Below are positions 55,291 to 64,000 of a stretch of 64,000 bases of DNA, piece by piece. The notes under the pieces were generated by a model that did not search any database, was not told the origin of the DNA, and saw only the letters and a list, made by a program, of their open reading frames with translations. Source of the stretch: Eledone cirrhosa (Eukaryota); assembly GCA_964016885.1 (NCBI GenBank), contig OZ024742.1, forward strand, positions 136,648,001-136,712,000. Reading direction: 5' to 3'. A program made the translations under genes and the position numbers. Every line of letters starts with the position of its first letter. Within the stretch, counting starts at the first letter, position 1.

Positions 55291-55294
55291 TATA

Positions 55295-55915
55295 TACATG
55301 GTGGCTGCCAACTTGTTTTCGAGTATGGCCACTACTTTATATCCATGTAGGAGAACCCCTACCGATGCGCTGAACGAGTGTGACTTTTTAGTCCAGCCAG
55401 CGACTTGAAAACTATGGTACAAACACTACACTTGTGACAATTATTGACACATAGTGCTGGGCCCTTGGTACCATGTGATGACAAGTGCAGAGAGATCTCC
55501 AGATATAAAGCAATGCCTGTGTCTGTGAAGCTTTTATAGTGAGCAAAGGCACTGCACAAAGTCAGTCCCACTCTCTTAACCAAGATGATATTTACCAAAA
55601 AGAAGAACAAGTCAACATCATTGGATACCATCAGGGTTGCAGGTGTTATATCAGAGTTTTCCTTCTCCTAGAATTCTGCCTTGACAAAGGCTAAGGGGTC
55701 ATCTCTCCCAGTGATTTTGGATGGCCATTGACTCTTAAGAGCTCCTTTGCCCTTTGACAGGTTTTGTTTTTAGTCCTGCAGGATGTCCAAAGTCACCCTC
55801 CTCAACAAGAAACCTTGGTGGAGTTGCCAGTTTAGTCGCCAACGACCCGACCATGGGACAGGTTGTACTGGAATACGTGTTACCAGTAACACCAACTGGT
55901 GACCTGACATCCATC
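55295..55915 (-). mobile_element. Probable internally deleted RTE/BovB-like element
   Basis: C-terminal C2H2 motif CSVCTIVFKSLAGLKSHTRSAH; the remainder is tentatively UTR-like. Confidence 0.45.
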
Positions 55916-56812
55916 CATCCATATGTAATCATAATCGTTATTTAATATTTGTTTTCTCTGCTAGAAAGGGTTGGACTCATCATCGTATACATGTGTGTGT
56001 TAGTGTCATTTATTGATATATATTTGTGTATACATACACTTGTATTTGTTTATTTTGTACATAAAACTCACCCAAAGCCTGGACCCTTTCAAAAACACAG
56101 GATATGTAATTGTGTGTACAGCTTTGAATTCTTTGTTTATTTGTGTCTGTGTGCATGAGCTAGTACGCATAATGAAAGAAATATAGGGAAAATATGAATA
56201 AATTTTAACTTTATTTGCAAGCACTATTTTTTTTTGTAAGTATATTTTTTGTATGAGTATGTTTAACAGATTGATATATTTCAATATATACTTTTATGAT
56301 GGATTCGTCAAAATATTGCTCTTCTGCTCTCTACATATGTGTGTATCAGTTTACAATAGTGTCCATACATATATAACACTGAATGCAGTTTATGTGTGTG
56401 TAAGTCAAGTATGTGGAGAAGGGGATGTTGGATTGATGAAGTCTTGGCACCATTACTGAAGGTTAAGTCAACAAATGTTTAGGTCTTGATCTGAATTTAA
56501 CCTAAAGCCTTTCAGAACAGAAAAGAATATTTTTTTAGGCTGTCACTATTTTGTTTATCATGCTTTCCACACACAGTTTTCTTTTCTTGCTCTCTGCCTT
56601 TCTCATTTCTTCTAGCTTACATTTACTAACAACAATAAATCTACTAAATCCATTTTGGTGGGTGGAAAGAGGGAAAGAGAATGTGAGATTGAGAGATAGA
56701 GAAAACATAAAATAGCTCTAGATTTTACTTGTGTGGTCCCATTTGAATAGAGGAAGATATGTGTATGTGTGTATCTATACAAAAGTTGGATGCATACATA
56801 AGTAGGATGTGT

Positions 56813-57071
56813 GACCTAATATAAAACCCCACTTTGATTCTGTTTTGTCCATTGGGAGAAAAAAACAATTTAAGAGTTATAGTATTGTTGACAAACGTTG
56901 GGAGATAAACTATCAGTGTGAATGTTATGATTGTTGTTATATATATATATATAACAATCATAACCATCACACTAATGTTATATACCAATGTTTGTCAACA
57001 GTACTATAACTATTAAATTGTTTTTTCTCCCTATAGACAAACAGAATCAACGTGGGGTTTTATATTAGGTC
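56813..57071. repeat. Diverged inverted repeat pivoting on a (TA)n tract
   Basis: GACCTAATATAAAACCCC..GATTCTGTTT / AAACAGAATC..GGGGTTTTATATTAGGTC; centre 56939-56952. Confidence 0.8.
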
Positions 57072-57389
57072 TCCTCCTGAAGGAGTTAAAAACATTTTTG
57101 GCAGGAACCGGGCCCTGTGCTTAAGCACACCTAAGCACAATGGTAAATCTGGTTCTGTCTACAAGGCTAGACCTGTTTTATTCATGAAATCACAAAGAGT
57201 GTCCCTGAATGTCCCATATTAATAAAACAGTTCTAATCCCATAGAAGTATTTTCTATATAAAATAAAAATAAATATGGTTCTTTTCTACTAATGTATTTA
57301 GCACCTTCTTTATCTGTGTTTTTCTGAGCCTCCTTCAGAAAACATACATAAAAAATATATATATGTACATATATATAATACACACACAG

Positions 57390-57468
<79 letters not shown>

Positions 57469-57469
<1 letters not shown>

Positions 57470-57613
57470 AACGAAGGAAATGTGGTAAGGAACCAGGTGG
57501 ACCATAACGCACCAAAGTACTCAATACTTAGGGTAGTAGAGTGGGTAATAGGAATGAGTAAGACCCCGATGGCTGTGCTCAAGCTGAGCACAGCCGTCGG
57601 GGTCTTACTCGTT

Positions 57614-57618
<5 letters not shown>
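57469..57618. repeat. Palindromic family P copy with a shortened hairpin
   Basis: Tail plus ATAGGAATGAGTAAGACCCCGATGGCTGTGCTCA-agc-TGAGCACAGCCGTCGGGGTCTTACTCGTTCCTAT. Confidence 0.85.
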
Positions 57619-57650
<32 letters not shown>

Positions 57651-59397
57651 CATCATCATCTTTGTCTGCTTTTCCATACTTGCATGGGTTATAAATATAT
57701 ATACATACATTTATATATATATATATATATACATACATACACACACCTATATATATGCATATATTTATACACATACATCCATATAAACACACATACATCC
57801 ATATAAACACACATACATACTGACACATTTACAAATGCATCTATACACAAGCAAATACATGATGAAGCCTTTTTCTATTTATCCTTTCTTTGGCAAATTA
57901 CATACAATTCTTCACAATCAGTCTCTTTGTTTGCAACTCTATCTTGTTCTTTGTACAAGGATATCTACATCAGTGATTGTATTTTGGCATTTAATTAGGA
58001 TTTTAATAATAGCTTGTGTTGGTAACTGGTTGGGGCATTGTTGGGTAGATCAGTGCTATGCTTTGTATTTAGAATTTTCTTGTCTTTTTTTATATTTATT
58101 TATTTATCAATAGAATATATTACTCGTTTATTTTTTTCTGTATGTGTGTGTGTGTGTGTATGTTTGTGTTGCATCCTTCTTTGTTGTTCAATTCTTGTTT
58201 TTATTTTATTATATTAATGTATATTTAATTTGTAATGTTTTACGATGATACTTTTTGTTTCAATGTATTTTTCCTGGCTGCCATTATTGCATTATTTTAT
58301 AGATTACACTTATTATTGTTTTGTGTATCTATGTTTGTAATATGTTAGGTATATCGCTTTGTATTCATTCATTTTCCTCTTCATAGAAACTTTGCTGCTC
58401 ATATTAAGCACACATTGAATGAACATCGACTTTTATACAAACATCAGAACAAGCCATTCAAAAACGCTGCTCTAAGTTCGTTGTTAAACTTGCTAGAATT
58501 TGCTGCAAAATCTCATTCAAATCTCATCATCTGTCTTAAAAACACACTGGATAATGTTTGTTTAAAAAAAGAAAGATGCGAATGATCATAATTAGAACAT
58601 CTTTGATCACAGGCCTGCAGATTCAAGGTTCAATAAAGCAAAAGAAAACATACAGATTCATAGACAATGAAGGTCATACATGTATATACAGAAATGTGTG
58701 TATATACTACTTATGCATTCATATAAAGCAATGATACACCAATAAATTTAAACACATACATGCACACAAACACACACGCATATATATATAAATATATACA
58801 TATATACGTGTGCGTATAAAATCAAAATCACACACTCCTTTACAGCATGCCTTCCCCCATATTATACAGCCAGTATATATATATATATATATCCCATTTG
58901 GGCCATCAAGGGAAATAGGTACGGCCCACAATATGTCAGATACCATCCACTTGCTTCAAGGCCATTATTATGACACTCACTCCAGTAGTGCAATGTCTGT
59001 AAAACAGCTCCAACCCCACCTATGCCTCCCAAACAAGACCAATTAGACTGAGTATACTAGTGTGGTAACTAAATTGTACTGGTGCCAGAACAAAAGTATC
59101 TAGTCCATCCTGTTGGGTGGTAATGCTGGTGCTATGATGAAAATCATGCGGTCCACCCTGTAAGGTGGTAGTGCAGGAGTTATGTTAAAATACTACCAGT
59201 TCACGTGAAAAGGAGTTGGTATCAGAAAGAGCATTTGGTCATAGAAACCAAACCAAAACAAAGTATACGAGCAGGACCTAGTTACCTGACTGTTCTGTTC
59301 GTTCCACTTTACAGTCATCTAAACTATGCAAGCATGGAAAATAGACATTAAACGATGATGACGATGGTGATGATGATGATTATGTTACATATATATC

Positions 59398-60435
59398 ATC
59401 ATCATCATCGTTTTTCCCTCGCTTTAATCATGCTTGCATAGTTTGGACGGATCCTTTTCAGCACAGCATCTCTCCACTCATCGTGTTCCTTTGCCATCTT
59501 CTCTGTGAGTCTCAGCAGTTTGAGGGCAGTTCTCATCACCACTACCAAGGTCTTCCTTGTTCTACCTCTACTGTTGCTTCCTACAACTGGGATTTCCTGG
59601 CAATTATTCACCCAGCAATCATCATCCATGCACATCATACGTCCTTATGAACATAGTCTTCTCTGTTGTTTCAGATTCCCCTTAAACCCAGTTTCTTTCT
59701 CACTTCATCCAGGCCCTAACTTCTTCTCACATTTTCATTGCACATCCAAAGAAGCATGGTAGCTTCATTTCTCTCAAGCCTATACATCTACTCATGTCGC
59801 TGCCATGCAGTATCACACTTCACACACATAAATCATACAGCCATCCTTTTGTACAAAGGGAGAAATGTTTGTTGTCAACAGTGGTTGTAGCTCTCTAAAC
59901 GTCTTCCATCCTATCCTTATTCTAGTTATTATGCTTCTAGAGCACCTTCTTCCACTGCTAATTAGGTCACCTAGATAGCCGAAACTATCAACCACTTCAA
60001 TGGATACTTCATGTGATTGGAAAAGGTTTATATCACTGACGCTCTTTTCCCCAATTACACCTGTGCATGTTTTGCATAAAAGTTTTACCTTCCTGTTTAG
60101 TCTACCTGTTATCCCACTACATCTCTTGTGTACCAAAAATGTACATTGTGTGTATCATATAGAGTGTATGCTTACTCCTTTTCTCCATATAAAAGCAGGG
60201 CCACTTCCCTATAGGAATCAAGATCATATCTTCTTTCCTAATTACTAGCACTTTAGTTTTAGCTAAGTTTACCCTCAGCCCTTTTGATTCCAAATTCTGT
60301 TTACATAGTTGGAATGTATTCTCTAGTTATTTTATGGATTCAGTTAAAATGATCAGATCATCCACATAGAGACGTTCTCATGGATGACCACTCTTAAACT
60401 CCTCTGTTATGGCAGGGGGAACTATGATGAACATG
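59398..60435 (-). mobile_element. Degraded RTE LINE 3' fragment
   Basis: VHKRCSGI..C..C..VDSFGYLGD..RIRIGWKTFREL (59813-60136); RGRTRKT..EWRDAVL (59405-59638). Confidence 0.85.
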
Positions 60436-60994
60436 TGCATTGTTTTCTTCTTTTTTTTGTTTATTGTGTTGTACACACATATAAATCTGCTCAATACATA
60501 CAGCCTTGTGTTAGAAGTCTGAAACATGTTTATTCATGTGTAATGTGAGCAAGGATTATGTTTCCAAATCATGGATTTGTCCAATTTGTGTTTTGGTCAA
60601 TTGTACATATCAGTAGATAAGGAATAAATGGCTGTTAATTGTAAAGGAAGCTCTATATCATTTGTCATTATTAACAAAAGAAAGTAACTACATAGGCAAA
60701 ATTGTTCTAAGGAATAAAAAAAAAAAAAATAAATAACTTCAAAATACATTACTACTGCATGATAAGAGAATGGAGCCTTCAACAATGAGATGATTACTTC
60801 AAAACTCAGCAATGGCATTAAGATCATTGACAGTCCTCTGTGTGTATAGACAACCCAAAATGTTGGTTGAATGAATCCATAATTTCTGAATAATCATATA
60901 TATGTACATAGAGACATATCTAATCATATGTAGATATACATTTATGTGTATATATTCATATATGTATGTACCCTCATATTTATACATATGTGAA

Positions 60995-61210
60995 GGCACA
61001 TGGCTGAGTGGTTAGAGAATTGGATTCGCAATTGTGAGGTGGTGAGTTCGATTCCCAGACCGAGTGATGTGTTATGTCCTTGAGCAAGACACTATATTTG
61101 ACGTTGCTCATTCTGTGTGGAGTTGCAACTGACAGATAGTATTAGCAATTGGAAAGACCATTGGGAACATTGTTTCGTTGGTCCGATTTGACGAAAGTCG
61201 ATTGACTGTC
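60995..61210 (+). mobile_element. tRNA-SINE (S1-like head)
   Basis: GGCACATGGCTGAGTGGTTAGAG..GAGTTCGATTCCC..TCCTTGAGCAAGACACT. Confidence 0.75.
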
Positions 61211-61242
61211 GATATATATATATATATGTGTGTGTGTTTGTG

Positions 61243-61295
<53 letters not shown>

Positions 61296-61433
61296 CAAAG
61301 GGATATTTAATTTGTTGGTAATTCAACAAATATATATATTTATAACTGAACAGGTTTTCTGACTATCCAGGTAAAACTTGAACCGTTAAGTTCTCCTTCC
61401 TGGATATGTCAATATTTATAATACAAACTTTGT

Positions 61434-61492
61434 ATTTTATCTGATGAGAGTGTACCAAAGTTTTGGTAGCCTTGAAATATATATAATAGAAT
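61434..61492 (+). ncRNA. Minimal type I hammerhead (H5-like)
   Basis: ATTTTAT-CTGATGA-GAGtgTACCAaagtttTGGTAgcCTT-GAAA-TATATA-TA|ATAGAAT. Confidence 0.72.
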
Positions 61493-61534
61493 GAATATGG
61501 TTTTATAAATATAGTTTCCATTTATTAATATCAT

Positions 61535-61573
<39 letters not shown>

Positions 61574-61584
61574 TGTATATACAA

Positions 61585-61619
<35 letters not shown>

Positions 61620-61633
61620 GCATGTATATACAA

Positions 61634-61693
<60 letters not shown>

Positions 61694-62867
61694 ATATACA
61701 ATATTGACTAATGTCTTGTGAGTGAAATTTAGTAGATGGAAACTGTGCAGAAGCCTACTGCATATACATATATATATATGTATCTTCAGCATTTAACACC
61801 CATTTTTCCACAGTAGCATAGCTTAGAGGAGTTGTCCCATTGTGAGATAGGCTAGGTTAGATGACCATGTCTTGTTCATACAGAACTGATTTTGGCTTGG
61901 TTTCTATGGCTGGATGCCCTTCCTAACACCAACCACATTTAGAGTGTGTACTGGGTGTTTTTTGTCATGACACCTATACTTTACAGTGTGGGCTGGGTGC
62001 TTTTTCTTATGTATAGTATTTAGATAAAAAGAAATCAATAAAATAAGTACCAGGCTTCGGTCAACCATATTGCTTAAACCACTTCAAGACCACACCCCAG
62101 CACAGTTGCAGTCTAATGACTGAAAGAAGCAAAACAAGATATCACCTATAACTTGCCTAGGTTTCTAAACTGTGTAGAGGAGATAGTGCAACTGCCTTAT
62201 GCACTACCAGTTTGCTGGTTTTTATCAGACTATAATTTTCATAAAGACATCTGCTCGGGTGACAAAAATTATGCTGGTACATTTCATCTTGTTTTGGACC
62301 CCCCACTTTAATAACTGCATTCCGCAGTAGGTGGCTACCCAGATATTTGTTTGTACATGTATACAAATAGATATATGTATATATATAGGTAAATTCTTTT
62401 ACAGAGACACACCCACTGTATGTAATCTATGCCAATTTTCATACATGTAATACAAAATATGCAGCAAATACATTGCTAGAGAATGTTGAATATAATAGGG
62501 TTGGGTTGATGTTAATAAGGTTTTGAAGCACTATGTTTTTCTATGCATACATATATGCCAACACACTCACACACGCATACATATACACAGTGTTTAACAG
62601 ATACTAATTTATAGGATTTTTTGTAGATAGATAGATAGAGAAAAAGGGCTTTCAAATTACAAATTAAAACATATATCAATTTAGGCAATGACGGTATTAT
62701 ACAACATGAAAACTTGATAAAATATCAATCTCGGACTTAATGCATTGAGTTTTCAGTATATTAGAAAATAAGTAATAAGCCCATGGTCATCATTATATAT
62801 ATATATATACCCATATGTGGTTGAGGGTTGGGAGAAAAGAATACTCAATACTGAAGCAGAGTTTTAA

Positions 62868-62995
62868 ATATTCATTTTATTAAGACTGAATAGTGAGGCT
62901 TGTTACTCTGGAGTTTCACCTGTTTATCACAGGTGATAAACAGGTGAAACTCCAGACTAATAAGACATATTATTTAGTATTAATAAAATGAATAT
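62868..62995. repeat. Hairpin built from hammerhead-like 3' halves
   Basis: Perfect core TCTGGAGTTTCACCTGTTTATCAC-ag-GTGATAAACAGGTGAAACTCCAGA; minus arm reads CCTG-tgataaa-CAGG-t-GAAACTC-ca-GAGTA. Confidence 0.7.
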
Positions 62996-63037
62996 ATATC
63001 CATGCTAACATGGAAAAAGGACGTTAAATGATGATGA

Positions 63038-63086
<49 letters not shown>

Positions 63087-63442
63087 GATACGGTTTTATC
63101 TGTATAAATGCAGAGTGTGTAACTGAGACTACACCAATGTGTATAAATATATGCACATATATTTATACACATTCGTGCAGTTTTGATTACACACTCTGTA
63201 TTTATACAGATGTAACTTTATCATACACATCGGCTGTTAGCACACTTCTAACATATATATATATATATATGGATAACCAAAGATGTGGGTTTGACTCCCA
63301 TGTACGTCAATATTCATCTTTTTCCATTTCCTCGAGGGTTCTAAACCCCACTATCAGGCTAAAATGTCTTTAGTCAAAATATTGGTGAGGGCTTCTATTT
63401 CTAATTTCAAACTCACTTGTTGTTTCAAAAAAAATTGCTTCT

Positions 63443-63508
<66 letters not shown>

Positions 63509-64000
63509 ACAAGCAAGTTTATTTATATATATATATCATGGTAGCATAGAAAATGGACGTTAAACAATGATGGTGATGATATATATATATTATAAATAAA
63601 TGTTCATACACTTAACATGTATGCATAACCTTAGGGGCACAGTTATGGCCACCAATATATTGTTGAGAAGCCTCATCAAAACTGACCTCTTGTCGAGCAC
63701 TCAGACCAAAATACTTATATCATCATCATCATCGTTTAATGTCCACCTTCCATGCTAGCATGGGTTAGACGGGTTGTCCCATTTGAGGCAAGTTGGGTCA
63801 GGTGCCTATATCCTGATTATACAGAACTGTTTCTTGTTAGATTTCTACAGCTGAATGTCCTTCCTAAAACCAACCACATTTATTATTATTAGATTTTCCT
63901 TCGATTTTGCTTTAAGTTCAATGACTACTGAGAATCTACCAGATACTTAGGGCAGGCATCGTTGGTTTTGACAGTTTTTGATAGTTATTTTTGTTCAGTC

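Overview
Eukaryotic, AT-rich, repeat-dominated animal DNA. The SINE/RTE content and huge (TA)n/(TACA)n tracts suggest a cephalopod such as Octopus (inference, not a database result). Almost all long ORFs in the track are artefacts of dinucleotide repeats. The window holds many decayed RTE LINE fragments, a CR1/L2-like LINE split by a nested RTE, an R4/Dong-like LINE with a restriction-like endonuclease flanked by (TACA)n, a DD37D (maT) Tc1/mariner deletion derivative, at least three tRNA-SINE families, a Penelope-like GIY-YIG remnant and one convincing host exon (46348-46670, +). The most striking unexplained signal is a set of short non-coding elements carrying minimal type I hammerhead ribozymes with palindromic stem III. 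They sit in (TA)n tracts and mostly occur as inverted (fold-back) pairs. One family has a ~425-440 nt circularly permuted unit, and one copy starts at the predicted self-cleavage site, consistent with a retrozyme/Penelope-pLTR-like system. Coordinates were read by eye and element ends are approximate.
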